DNA of 64,000 nucleotides from an uncultured Gammaproteobacteria bacterium (GTDB lineage Bacteria; Patescibacteriota; Microgenomatia; Woykebacterales; RBG-16-39-9b): NCBI GenBank assembly GCA_964367355.1, contig CAYIWY010000002.1, positions 71,296 to 135,295 of the forward strand, read 5' to 3'. Shown piece by piece: positions 28,816 to 37,888 of this stretch (position 1 is its first letter; each line of letters starts with the position of its first letter). The notes under the pieces were generated by a model. It saw only the letters and a program-made list of their open reading frames with translations, ran no database searches and was not told where the DNA came from. The position numbers and the translations under genes were made by a program.

Positions 28816-29315
28816 TTTTTCCTTCCTCAGAAAGCAAATTAGCATTTAAAGTTGTATAATCTACCTCAGTTGAAAGGAGAAAAGCTGTGCCGGAAACACC
28901 AGGGCAGAAACTTTCCATTCTGCGTTTTTTAGTGATGATGGTTGAAAAACGGTTGGCCAAGGACGGACTAATGTTCAACGGCCATCTGTGTGTGGTACTT
29001 ACCCACCCGGAAAAGAAACTCACCTGGCTACCGCAAGACGATCCTTTCTGGCTCTCGATAAAAGATCTTGGTGGTGAATACCAAATTACGGTCCTGACTG
29101 TTAATCAAGATCCCCCAATGCAGAGCTATCAGGTTTCGCGAGAAAACTTGCAAACTTGGGTCGAAGCAACAAAACCCAACCTGGAGGGCTGGGAAAAGAT
29201 TACTCTCTGGATTCGTGAAGGGTCTAAGAGAGAAATGCGCGAGATCCCTGATCAAATTAAAGAATGTCTTGCCTCTTAAAGCCGTACACAACTCGTGTGC
29301 GGTTTTCCCTTTTTA
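28816..29315 (+). repeat. Copy 2 of the ~500 bp duplicated cassette
   Basis: See 24304..24800. Confidence 0.8.
28887..29279 (+). CDS. Hypothetical 130-aa protein (duplicated family, copy 2)
   Basis: Paralog of 24374..24766. Confidence 0.6.
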   Translation: MPETPGQKLSILRFLVMMVEKRLAKDGLMFNGHLCVVLTHPEKKLTWLPQDDPFWLSIKDLGGEYQITVLTVNQDPPMQSYQVSRENLQTWVEATKPNLEGWEKITLWIREGSKREMREIPDQIKECLAS

Positions 29316-29326
29316 ACTTTCTTTCC

Positions 29327-29428
29327 CGCTTGAAACCAAATTAAAAGGGTCACGAGCAGAAATGCTCCCGACCCTTGATGAACAGATTGAATCTCCGTTC
29401 CCTGTTGTGTGCTTACTTTGGGGCAAAT
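29327..29428 (-). repeat. ~100 bp 3' repeat (gene tail + terminator), copy B
   Basis: See 28301..28404. Covers the tail (..RFAPK*) of the 29413..29736 gene. Confidence 0.75.
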
Positions 29429-29736
29429 CTCCAGGAGGTGTCTGCAAAAAGATTCCCCAACGTAACTAGGCTGTTTTTGAGCCAATTGGCAACCGAAAGG
29501 ACAAAGAACAACCAAAGAAAAACTCCCAACAGGCCTACCATTATGACGACGGTTATGGCAACGACCATGTAGAGGCCAAACCATCCGAGCAAAACGGCAC
29601 CAAAGAAATTGACTGCTTCACCCCGAGTCTGAATTTCCAGTCCAGCCAAAACAACGACCGCTCTTGTCGTAATGTACCCTACCGGTAGCCAGGTTATCAA
29701 CATGAAAACCCAATTCCCTACAATCAAATCATGCAT
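29413..29736 (-). CDS. Small membrane protein (107 aa)
   Basis: Three hydrophobic helices. The C-terminal tail is encoded by the shared 3' repeat. Confidence 0.5.
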   Translation of the reverse strand: MHDLIVGNWVFMLITWLPVGYITTRAVVVLAGLEIQTRGEAVNFFGAVLLGWFGLYMVVAITVVIMVGLLGVFLWLFFVLSVANWLKNSLVTLGNLFADTSWRFAPK

Positions 29737-29881
29737 GTTCTTTCTCCTCTCTGAACGCTGCGCTAACCGATGAACTTATTGATTGTGGTTACAACTACCA
29801 CTCTTCATTAAACAGATTTTAACTTTTTCATTACATAGAAAGCAAATTTGGGGAAATTGTGATTTGAATTAGGAAAGTTGA

Positions 29882-30286
29882 TTAACCTTCAACCAAAAGC
29901 ACACCGATTGAAATAATGGCAGCGTAAATTAGGAGAACAACCCAAGCGATCTTCGGATCTGGTTCACCACTCTGCCCTTTTTCCTCGTTACGCCACGAAA
30001 CCTTTGCGGAAATTGCCCAAGCGACAACGATAAGACCAAGTTTTACCCACAAAAGTGGATTCTTAATAAACTCGTCCGCTTCGCTGGCAGCTAAATACAT
30101 GCCTGTTAACACTTCAAGACCGAAAGCAAAATGAGCCTTTTTCCAAATCTGCCCAAGTAATTTAAGATTGTCCGCAACTGGAGGTTTCTTTAGTTGGACA
30201 ATAAGTGAAACTAAAGCAACGCCCAGAATAACGGCGGCACCGAGAACATGAAGAATAAGAACTAGTGTGTGAAATCCTTCTGACAT
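29882..30286 (-). CDS. Membrane protein (4 TM), hypothetical
   Basis: Start at MSEGFHT preferred over the ORF-track extension. Confidence 0.5.
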   Translation of the reverse strand: MSEGFHTLVLILHVLGAAVILGVALVSLIVQLKKPPVADNLKLLGQIWKKAHFAFGLEVLTGMYLAASEADEFIKNPLLWVKLGLIVVAWAISAKVSWRNEEKGQSGEPDPKIAWVVLLIYAAIISIGVLLVEG

Positions 30287-30332
30287 TTGATTATATTTAA
30301 ACAAAAAATAATATTTAGTGCAATTGTCCAAT

Positions 30333-30554
30333 CTAAATCAGAGTGGCGCTGTAACCAGTTTTCTGGATTTGTTTTAAAATTGCTTCCAGCTGCAACTTTT
30401 CATTGTCATACTCAATTTCGGTTTCTGCTTTGGCATAACTAGTTTTTGCTGAGTTTACTCCGTCCAAATCCTCCAAATCAAAATCAATGTTCATTGCACA
30501 AGAGGAACAATGCATTCCGACAATTTTTAATTTATCTTTGACAAAAGCACTCAT
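30333..30554 (-). CDS. copZ: Copper chaperone CopZ (HMA domain)
   Basis: GMHCSSCAMNI metal-binding motif, 73 aa. Confidence 0.85.
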   Translation of the reverse strand: MSAFVKDKLKIVGMHCSSCAMNIDFDLEDLDGVNSAKTSYAKAETEIEYDNEKLQLEAILKQIQKTGYSATLI

Positions 30555-31594
30555 ATTACCTCAATCACCCCACGATACATCCCCATCGAACAGTTAAATT
30601 GAATTTTACCTACTTTGTCTGGAGTGAAAGAAATTACCTGTGTATCATCAGCTTTTAAGTTTTTCTTTATTCCCAAAGACGGGATACGGAAAGCTGAAGC
30701 ACAACTGTAAGCATCAACACTTTTTAATGTCAGATTCACCGGTTCCCCGTTTTTAACTCGAAAATAGTCCGGACTATAGCCTTGGGAGGTTACATAGATA
30801 CGCACATCCTGACTTGTCGAAGGCTCACTACTTTGGGTCGCTTCGGCTGGTTTCTCATTCTCAGAAATCGGACCACCAATACTGACCGAGACCGGAAATG
30901 CCTCCGATAGTTTTTGAAATGTAAATGGAGAATCTATTGAAACTAAAGCTCCGTTAATCGAAGCTACCCCAAGATAAATTATTACTACTGCAGCCAATTT
31001 TAGAAACCTTGTTTTAAACGCGTCCCCCATGAACGAAGTAATCACCCCGATTCCAAAAAACAACGGCATTGTTCCTAAAATAAAGGCGGCCATTATCCCC
31101 GCACCAAAAAAAGCATTAGCACTACTTATTGCCAGGGCTTCCATTGCTATCGTCGTTCCACAAGGAATAAAAATTGTCATTGCGCCCAAAAGTGCCGGGG
31201 CAAAGATGTCCTTGGACTTTGACTGGTTTTTAACAAGCCTAGTCAAAAAACGTGGTGGCTGAATAATAGCGTAGCGGAAAATCGGATGAATATTGAGCAG
31301 ATTTAGAGCGACAACGATCATATAAATTCCGGCAAAGAGTTGCATAAATGACTGCACACCACCACTAATATTCAGAGCACCGCCAAAAGCGCCGAGAATA
31401 AATCCTAAAATGGTATATGAGAGAAACTTGAAACTAAGGAAAACTGCTGTACCATAGAGAGCGTGTTTCTTGATGTTGCTGGTGGCGTCTTCCTCTCTGG
31501 CAGCAATAACCGATGCCAGCAGCCCACCTTGAACAGCAAGGCAAGTCAAACCACCAACGGTTAACCCAGTTAGAAAAATTACCCACAGATTCAT
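30551..31594 (-). CDS. Integral membrane protein with C-terminal cupredoxin-like domain
   Basis: ~8 TM helices. C-terminal FRVKNGEPVNLTLKSVDAYSCASAF...FNCSMGMYRGVIEV resembles a small cupredoxin Cu site (C...M.M/H). Confidence 0.55.
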   Translation of the reverse strand: MNLWVIFLTGLTVGGLTCLAVQGGLLASVIAAREEDATSNIKKHALYGTAVFLSFKFLSYTILGFILGAFGGALNISGGVQSFMQLFAGIYMIVVALNLLNIHPIFRYAIIQPPRFLTRLVKNQSKSKDIFAPALLGAMTIFIPCGTTIAMEALAISSANAFFGAGIMAAFILGTMPLFFGIGVITSFMGDAFKTRFLKLAAVVIIYLGVASINGALVSIDSPFTFQKLSEAFPVSVSIGGPISENEKPAEATQSSEPSTSQDVRIYVTSQGYSPDYFRVKNGEPVNLTLKSVDAYSCASAFRIPSLGIKKNLKADDTQVISFTPDKVGKIQFNCSMGMYRGVIEVI

Positions 31595-31606
31595 AATTGT
31601 AATCGA

Positions 31607-33847
31607 TTATATGTCTGCATATATTTTCGCCTTTCTAAGTAACAGAGAGTTACTTACGACTGATATTGAGCTCAACGCCATCGCCAGTGAAGCAAAAATT
31701 GGGTTGAGAAGTAAACCAAAAAACGGATAAAGTACCCCCATTGCCACTGGTATCAAAACTACATTATAACCGAAGGCCCAAAAGAGGTTCATTTTAATCG
31801 TTCGCATTGTTTTTCTCGAAAGTTCAATCGCGGCTGCGACTGATTTTAAATCTTTGTTAATCAAGGTAATGTCAGCTGCTTCAATCGCCACATCAGTTCC
31901 CGAACCCATCGCGATACCAACGTCCGCTGCCGCTAGTGCCGGAGCGTCATTGATTCCATCTCCAACCATGGCAACTACTTTCCCCTCGGCTTGAATTTTT
32001 CTCACCTGCGCTTCTTTTTGGTCAGGTAAAACCTCGGCCAGTATTCGCTCAATTCCAAGTGTGGAAGCAATGGCGTTAGCAGTTCTCTGGTTGTCGCCGG
32101 TAATCATTACTACCTCAATTCCTTTATTTCGTAAACTCACAACTGCCGCTTTGGCGGATTCCTTAACTGTATCGGCAACCGCAACCAAACCGACTAAACT
32201 TTTGGCAACTGCTAGTAGCATCACTGTTTTTCCTTCGGTTTCCAATTTTTCTATTTTGGCAAGGTGGTTTTGATAATCGATTTTTTCGCGGTCCAACAAC
32301 TTTCTGTTGCCAAGATAAACTTGCTTCTCCCCAACTTTTCCTTCAACTCCGTGTCCGGTGATTGCTTTAAAGCTGTTAACTTTTTCCAGATCAATATTTT
32401 TACTTTCCGCATTTTTTACAATTGCTTCCGCCAAAGAGTGTTCCGATCCCTTTTCGATCGAACCAGCGATTTTTAAAACTTCATCTTCTGAAAGTTTACC
32501 TATTGAAATAATGTCGGTTACTTCAGGCTTTCCGTTAGTTAAAGTTCCGGTCTTATCGAAAATAATGGTCTTAACTTTATGGGCGATTTCTAGGCTTTCA
32601 GCATCTTTTATTAAAATCCCATGTTCCGCTCCGATACCGGTTCCAACCATGATCGCGGTCGGTGTCGCTAAACCCATCGCGCAGGGACAAGCAATGATTA
32701 AAACAGCCACAGTATTGAGCATTGCAAAAATCAAGGCTGGGTTCGGACCAAGAATATACCAAACAGCAAAGGTAGCTATTGCCAACATAATCACAATCGG
32801 GACAAAGTAAGAAGAAATTAAATCGGCAACTCGCTGAATCGGGGCTTTACTTCCTTGGGCCTCTGAAACTAGTTTGATAATTTGGGCCAGCATTGTATCT
32901 TGGCCAACTTTAGTTGCCCGGTAAGTAAAGGTTCCGGTCTTATTCATTGTTGCTCCAACCACACTGTCACCTTTGGCTTTATCCACCGGAATACTCTCTC
33001 CGGTTATCATTGATTCATCAACGCTAGATTCTCCCTCCAATATTTGCCCATCAACCGGAATCTTTTCACCCGGTCTGACTCTAATTACTGATCCAATGAC
33101 AACCTCTTCAATTGGAATATCGATCTCTTTACCATCACGTAAAACTCTTGCTGTTTTGGCCTGCATACCGATTAATTTTTTAATTGCCTGCGAAGTTTGG
33201 CTTTTTGCCTTCGCTTCAAAATATCTGCCGAGAAGAATCAATCCGATGACAATCGTTGCGACATCAAAGTACGGCATCGCCTCTATTCCTAAATTCATAA
33301 TTATGTCTGGAAATACTGTAACAAGGGCAGAATAGGCATAAGCAACGGTTGTACCGAGTGCCACTAAAGTATCCATATTGGCAGTGCGGTGTTTCAGAGC
33401 CGGAATGGTTGCTTTGTAAAAACCCGAAGCCGCCCAAAATTGAACTGGAGTCGCCAGTAGCAGCTGAACATAAAAGTTTTTCAAAAATTCTGGCGCCGTA
33501 TTTATTAGCCCCGGAAAACTTCCCCATAAAATTGCTGAGCCTAAAAATAAACTTAAAATGACTTTGCCTTGTAAGGCTTTTAACTCTTTTTCTTTTTCCT
33601 CTTTTTCTTGGTCTAGAGATGTAATTTCTTTATCAGTAATTATTTTGTATCCGACAGACTCTACTGCTGAGGCAATCTGGTCTTCACTGCAAATATCTGA
33701 ATCAAAAGTTACGCTCGCCTTTTCGGTAGCTAGATTTACTACGGCTTCTTTGATTCCAGGAGTTCTCTTAAGCGATTTTTCTATAACTTGGACGCAGGAA
33801 GCACAGTGCATTCCTTTGACTGCGTAGGTTTGTTTAGTTTCAGCCAT
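31607..33847 (-). CDS. copA: Copper-translocating P1B-type ATPase
   Basis: N-terminal [14 protein letters not shown] motif ([11 protein letters not shown]), [17 protein letters not shown]. Confidence 0.95.
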   Translation of the reverse strand: MAETKQTYAVKGMHCASCVQVIEKSLKRTPGIKEAVVNLATEKASVTFDSDICSEDQIASAVESVGYKIITDKEITSLDQEKEEKEKELKALQGKVILSLFLGSAILWGSFPGLINTAPEFLKNFYVQLLLATPVQFWAASGFYKATIPALKHRTANMDTLVALGTTVAYAYSALVTVFPDIIMNLGIEAMPYFDVATIVIGLILLGRYFEAKAKSQTSQAIKKLIGMQAKTARVLRDGKEIDIPIEEVVIGSVIRVRPGEKIPVDGQILEGESSVDESMITGESIPVDKAKGDSVVGATMNKTGTFTYRATKVGQDTMLAQIIKLVSEAQGSKAPIQRVADLISSYFVPIVIMLAIATFAVWYILGPNPALIFAMLNTVAVLIIACPCAMGLATPTAIMVGTGIGAEHGILIKDAESLEIAHKVKTIIFDKTGTLTNGKPEVTDIISIGKLSEDEVLKIAGSIEKGSEHSLAEAIVKNAESKNIDLEKVNSFKAITGHGVEGKVGEKQVYLGNRKLLDREKIDYQNHLAKIEKLETEGKTVMLLAVAKSLVGLVAVADTVKESAKAAVVSLRNKGIEVVMITGDNQRTANAIASTLGIERILAEVLPDQKEAQVRKIQAEGKVVAMVGDGINDAPALAAADVGIAMGSGTDVAIEAADITLINKDLKSVAAAIELSRKTMRTIKMNLFWAFGYNVVLIPVAMGVLYPFFGLLLNPIFASLAMALSSISVVSNSLLLRKAKIYADI

Positions 33848-34212
33848 TATTCTGTTACCTTTATCTTTCCGTGGAACATATTCATTCCGCAGGAAAACGG
33901 AAATTCTCCAACCTTTTGTGGAGTTATTTCAAGTGTTACTTTTTGGTTCAGGGGCAAATACTTACGAATTTTGAAATCCGAAAGAACAACTTCTTCCAAA
34001 CAAGCTGACGAATCTTTTCGAAGAAAATTGAGCTTTGTTGTTTTACCTTTCGGTATCGAAATAACTTCAGGTTGATAACCACCATCAACAAGAATATCGA
34101 CTGAATTAGATGTCACAACTACCTCCTTTTCGTTTTTCCTTAAGAAAAACCAATAAGTAAAACCGATACCTATAAAGCTAAAAATGGTAACTAAAATTTT
34201 ATCTACAGCCAT
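33847..34212 (-). CDS. Membrane-anchored cupredoxin-like protein
   Basis: N-terminal [16 protein letters not shown]...[14 protein letters not shown] parallels the C-terminal domain of 30551..31594. Confidence 0.55.
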   Translation of the reverse strand: MAVDKILVTIFSFIGIGFTYWFFLRKNEKEVVVTSNSVDILVDGGYQPEVISIPKGKTTKLNFLRKDSSACLEEVVLSDFKIRKYLPLNQKVTLEITPQKVGEFPFSCGMNMFHGKIKVTE

Positions 34213-34263
34213 AAAATCCTAAAAACTCACCAACAACCACTAAAATTTTTATATATCACCTTC

Positions 34264-34818
34264 TTATTTCTTTGAATGCTGAATTTGTTTCCAAAGCCAA
34301 ATTCCTAAAAGTACCAGATCGACAAAAACCACTAGCCAGAAAACTACGCACAAAATTCCAAAAACTCCCCAACCACCATTCCAATTCATCATACTGTTAT
34401 AAAAGCCCATCATTGGCAAAACACCTCCCCTCGGGTTTGATGCCACAACTGCACTAGCATCACAATTGCTACCTCGTTTACCCCAAGTTATGTGCACTTG
34501 CTCTTCTCCAGAGTCACCCACCATTGATTTCATTCGGTTATTCATTGTTATGTGTCTTGAAGTATCCCCAATTGATTGACCCATAAAATACTCGCCAATT
34601 TTTTCAAAGTTTGCATCGGTTAACTCTTGGCAGGAAATCGATTTATTCGTTAATTTGGCGAGTAAATCCTTCCCTTTCTGCTCTTCCTGTTGCTGGATTT
34701 TAATTTCTGAATTTGTTGCTTGGGTATCAGTAAACCCCATCATTTGCGCATTTGCTCGGGCAGCAAAAATTTGTGCTAAAGCAAAGATTAGTATTAAAAA
34801 TGTAATTAATTTTTTCAT
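34264..34818 (-). CDS. Secreted/membrane Met-rich protein
   Basis: Signal peptide, Met-rich motifs (MMGFYNSMMNWNGG), C-terminal TM. Inside the copper operon. Confidence 0.45.
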   Translation of the reverse strand: MKKLITFLILIFALAQIFAARANAQMMGFTDTQATNSEIKIQQQEEQKGKDLLAKLTNKSISCQELTDANFEKIGEYFMGQSIGDTSRHITMNNRMKSMVGDSGEEQVHITWGKRGSNCDASAVVASNPRGGVLPMMGFYNSMMNWNGGWGVFGILCVVFWLVVFVDLVLLGIWLWKQIQHSKK

Positions 34819-34819
34819 A

Positions 34820-35092
34820 TTAAGGGCTTTTTCTGAAAACCTCTAAAACTTCCTTTATCGCTTCATCCTTTTTACCAGCAGCAATTGAATCAGCAACACA
34901 TGAATTTAGGTGATTTTCGAGCATGAGGTTATCAGTTTCTTTTAAGGCTTTTTGAACAGCTTGAGATTGATGCAAAACATCAATACAGTAATCATCACTT
35001 TCCACCATGTTAATAACTTTCTTAAGATGGCCTTGAGCTATTTTTAAGCGGTGCATTATTCTTTCTTGTGTATCTTTTGGTCGGTATGCCAT
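34820..35092 (-). CDS. csoR: CsoR/RcnR-family metal-sensing repressor
   Basis: DYCIDVLHQSQAVQKAL...HL with the conserved Cys/His ligand positions, 90 aa. Confidence 0.85.
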   Translation of the reverse strand: MAYRPKDTQERIMHRLKIAQGHLKKVINMVESDDYCIDVLHQSQAVQKALKETDNLMLENHLNSCVADSIAAGKKDEAIKEVLEVFRKSP

Positions 35093-35093
35093 A

Positions 35094-35117
35094 TATCCCC
35101 CTTATAGGGATATAATA
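35094..35117 (-). promoter_or_regulatory. CsoR-box-like GC-cored palindrome immediately upstream of csoR
   Basis: ATATCCCCCTTATAGGGATATA (TATCCC/GGGATA arms) abutting the csoR ATG. Confidence 0.5.
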
Positions 35118-35259
35118 TGCGCTTTTTTAGATTAAGTCAAGAAGTGATTAACATCACTTGCAGGTTCTATATTTTTTGCTAAAGTAGATTTATGGTTAAT
35201 TATAATTCGGTTTCCAACCTACCCTTTTAAATAATTTTCTAAAAAGGAGGTGAAAAACT

Positions 35260-35379
35260 ATGGAAGCAGTTTTTAGCCCGGCGAATTGGGGTTCCCCGGT
35301 CGGTCTTGGGCTTTTTCTAATGATGCTCGGGGTTTTTATTTACTTAATTAGTCTCGCGGGTAAAAACAGCAAGAAATAA
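35260..35379 (+). CDS. Small hydrophobic peptide (39 aa)
   Basis: MEAVFSPANWGSPVGLGLFLMMLGVFIYLISLAGKNSKK with a near-perfect SD (AAAAAGGAGGTGaaaaactATG). Below the ORF-track size cutoff. Confidence 0.4.
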   Translation: MEAVFSPANWGSPVGLGLFLMMLGVFIYLISLAGKNSKK

Positions 35380-35455
35380 TTTGGTTTTCTCTTGAGAACA
35401 AAAAACTTCTTGTTCTTAGACCTTTTCTAATTTATATTAATTAAAGAAAGCAGTT

Positions 35456-36097
35456 ATGGTTTGGATTATTTTAACCCTCCTAAGACTGGTTGTCCCCTTT
35501 TCAATCCTCCGCTGGCCTCTTTTTGGAGTATTAGTATCTTCCATCTTAGATTTTAACGATTATTACTATTTAAAACAGTCAGGTTTCGATATGCACCAAT
35601 ACCAAATTTGGGATAAAATTCTCGATACCTACTATCTTGGATTTGCTGCCTATACGGCTCTTGCCTGGAAAGAAAACCTGGCAAAAAGAATAGCGATTGG
35701 CTCTTTTCTTTACCGAGCTTTTGGAGTCTTGATCGTGATATTTACTAATACTCGCGAGCTTTTACTTTTCTTCCCAAACTTCTTTGAAAATTTCTTTATT
35801 TTCTACTTAGTTTTTCGATTATTTAGAAAACTAAATTTATTTATTAGCAAAAAAGTTTTAATTATTATTGTCTCTTCAATTCTGATACCGAAATTGCTAC
35901 AAGAGTATTTAATGCATTTTGCAAAAACATCCCCCACAAAAATATTTGACCTTAGCGAACTTCCGGCTATCGGTGCATTTCTTCCCAGGCCTCCTGATGA
36001 TTTCGTCCAGGTAATCCTCTACTTTACTCTACCAGTAGCGGTTTTTATTTGGGTATTAAAAACCGGGAGTGAAAAAAGAAAAGACCATGTTAAATAA
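35456..36097 (+). CDS. Integral membrane protein, hypothetical (213 aa)
   Basis: Multiple TM helices. No family recognised. Confidence 0.5.
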   Translation: MVWIILTLLRLVVPFSILRWPLFGVLVSSILDFNDYYYLKQSGFDMHQYQIWDKILDTYYLGFAAYTALAWKENLAKRIAIGSFLYRAFGVLIVIFTNTRELLLFFPNFFENFFIFYLVFRLFRKLNLFISKKVLIIIVSSILIPKLLQEYLMHFAKTSPTKIFDLSELPAIGAFLPRPPDDFVQVILYFTLPVAVFIWVLKTGSEKRKDHVK

Positions 36098-36154
36098 CTT
36101 AACAGGGCTCCTTCCAAACTGATTCTACCTTCTACGACAAGCAAAGGTCAACTA

Positions 36155-36183
36155 TTGACAAGCACGCTTGCTTGGTAAATAAT
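36155..36183 (+). promoter_or_regulatory. Consensus-like promoter TTGACA-N17-AATAAT for the candidate ncRNA
   Basis: ttgacaagcacgcttgcttggtaaataat. No protein gene follows. Confidence 0.45.
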
Positions 36184-36189
36184 AAAGTT

Positions 36190-36508
36190 GCGACATGCGG
36201 TACCGCCTGTAAAACCTTGCGTCACCCTCGGAGAGATTGTGAGCAGGATTGATTTCCCAAAATTACAGGCAATTAGGACCGCCCATAGCGAGCTCTCAAC
36301 AGAGAGCGCCCAGAGCATCGGTCAGGAACTGGAATTGAAGGAGAAACTCCATATATGGCTGTGCTTATGAAAGGGAAAACATTCGCGCCGGTTACAGCGA
36401 CGATCTAAGCCAGCAACGTTAGGCTGAAAATCTTCGATAGGTCTGTAACACACACGAAGCCCCGTCATTACCTTCTGGTTTTGATGGGGCCTCTCTTTTT
36501 TTATTTTC
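36190..36508 (+). ncRNA. Candidate structured ncRNA of unknown class (~320 nt)
   Basis: GC-rich non-coding island between convergent genes. Upstream perfect -35. Ends in intrinsic terminator GCCCCGUC-N16-GAUGGGGC + U9. Internal hairpins (GCUCUCaacaGAGAGC, GCGGUACCGC). No convincing ORF. Confidence 0.4.
36459..36508 (+). terminator. Rho-independent terminator
   Basis: gccccgtc ... gatggggc then ctctctttttttatttt. Confidence 0.65.
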
Positions 36509-36546
36509 GCAAGGCCAAAAAGCCGTGGATTTTTACCCTCGGAGGT

Positions 36547-37263
36547 TCATTGTGAAAAAGGATTATCTCGACCCAAAGGTTTGGCCGAAGGAGTTGCCGT
36601 GTAAATTATTTTACTTTTCACCGCTTTTAGCTCGTCAATTTGCTTTTTTGAAAGAGTCAATTGGTCATCGACAGTGACAGTAGTAGAATTCTGGCTAGTC
36701 GGCAAATCATAGGTCACCGTATAAGTAACTATTCCAGAAGTGTCACCACTAATTAATATTGTTTTTATACCTACCTCTTGGTCTGCCTGCATCCAGGCTC
36801 GAATTAAATTTAATAACGAATCAAAATTAGATTTATATGTAGAGATAACGCTCAATGCTATTGTTTGGATCGTCGCCTTTGTATCTGCTGTTTTAGCGCT
36901 TTTTGGAATTGACTTAGAAAGTTGGATATTTGAGATTTCCGCACCAACACTCTTGGCAATTACCTCATTCAAAGATGCGAAATGCAACATATCAATCTGG
37001 GTTGGAATAAGCCCTCTGAGGGTTGCTGATAGTGTAGCTAGAGTTGTTTTGTCTTGACTCTTAAGATTTGATACTGATTGATTGATTTTATCAGCTTGGG
37101 CTTTCTCTGCACTAATTTCCTGATTTATTTTAGATAGTTCTGAAAAAGTTGGCAGAATCAAAAAGTAACCAATAGCCCCAGAAACTATTAGGGTCATTAT
37201 CGCCAAACCAATGTTGATCAACATTGGTTTGAAGGATTTTGTTTCTGAGGTATCTTTTTTCAT
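36547..37263 (-). CDS. pilO: Type IV pilus assembly protein PilO-like
   Basis: N-terminal TM + coiled-coil (SELSKINQEISAEKAQADKINQ), periplasmic domain, adjacent to pilN. Confidence 0.55.
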   Translation of the reverse strand: MKKDTSETKSFKPMLINIGLAIMTLIVSGAIGYFLILPTFSELSKINQEISAEKAQADKINQSVSNLKSQDKTTLATLSATLRGLIPTQIDMLHFASLNEVIAKSVGAEISNIQLSKSIPKSAKTADTKATIQTIALSVISTYKSNFDSLLNLIRAWMQADQEVGIKTILISGDTSGIVTYTVTYDLPTSQNSTTVTVDDQLTLSKKQIDELKAVKSKIIYTATPSAKPLGRDNPFSQ

Positions 37264-37806
37264 TTATTTTGTGTTTATTACAAAATCTATACTAAATGTA
37301 TAAAGCACACCGGTCTTTGCAACTGATGTTAATAAAACATCTTTTACATCCTTTTCGGAAAGTAAAACATCACGAAATTGGTAGGCGTCCTCTGGAATAT
37401 TTGAAGCACCGGTAACCACTGTTTTCCCAGAGTTATCGATAGTTAAATTTGTTAAATAAACTCCTTGTGGTAAAATGGATTTTAATTTATCTATTTTTTT
37501 GTCAAGGCTAGAGTAAGTGGTAACGAATTTGGTGTGAAGGGCCGATTTGCTTTGAACATCTTTAATATCTGTGGCTAGTTCTTTATATTTCTGCCACTCA
37601 ACTGTTCTTTTACTGACTTCTTCTTTTGCTTCATTCAATCCTCCTTGTGCTGCAATGTTTGTTATAAAAACGACAACATAAATCCCGATAACAAAAGCAA
37701 TCACAATAGCAGTTAAAATAAAAGGAACAATCTTTTGTTTCGAAGACTGTGCTACCTCGTCAGCATTAAGTAAATCTAATTCTTTTTTCTTGGAAAATAA
37801 AGCCAT
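37264..37806 (-). CDS. pilN: Type IV pilus assembly protein PilN-like
   Basis: Short cytoplasmic N-terminus, TM, ...LPQGVYLTNLTIDNSGKTVVTGASNIPEDAYQFRDVL. Confidence 0.6.
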   Translation of the reverse strand: MALFSKKKELDLLNADEVAQSSKQKIVPFILTAIVIAFVIGIYVVVFITNIAAQGGLNEAKEEVSKRTVEWQKYKELATDIKDVQSKSALHTKFVTTYSSLDKKIDKLKSILPQGVYLTNLTIDNSGKTVVTGASNIPEDAYQFRDVLLSEKDVKDVLLTSVAKTGVLYTFSIDFVINTK

Positions 37807-37888
37807 AGTAATTTACTACTATGACTTTGCGTTTTGTAATAAACTAAAAGCCATGGCAGTTTATTAATACTATCAGTTCTAGCTAACT

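Noticed and set aside
32358-33335. Several 70-150-aa forward-strand ORFs inside copA
   Set aside because: Antisense to a gene with complete P-type ATPase motifs.
36188-36370. 60-aa ORF in the GC-rich gap
   Set aside because: No SD, odd composition, and it lies inside a region better explained as structured RNA.
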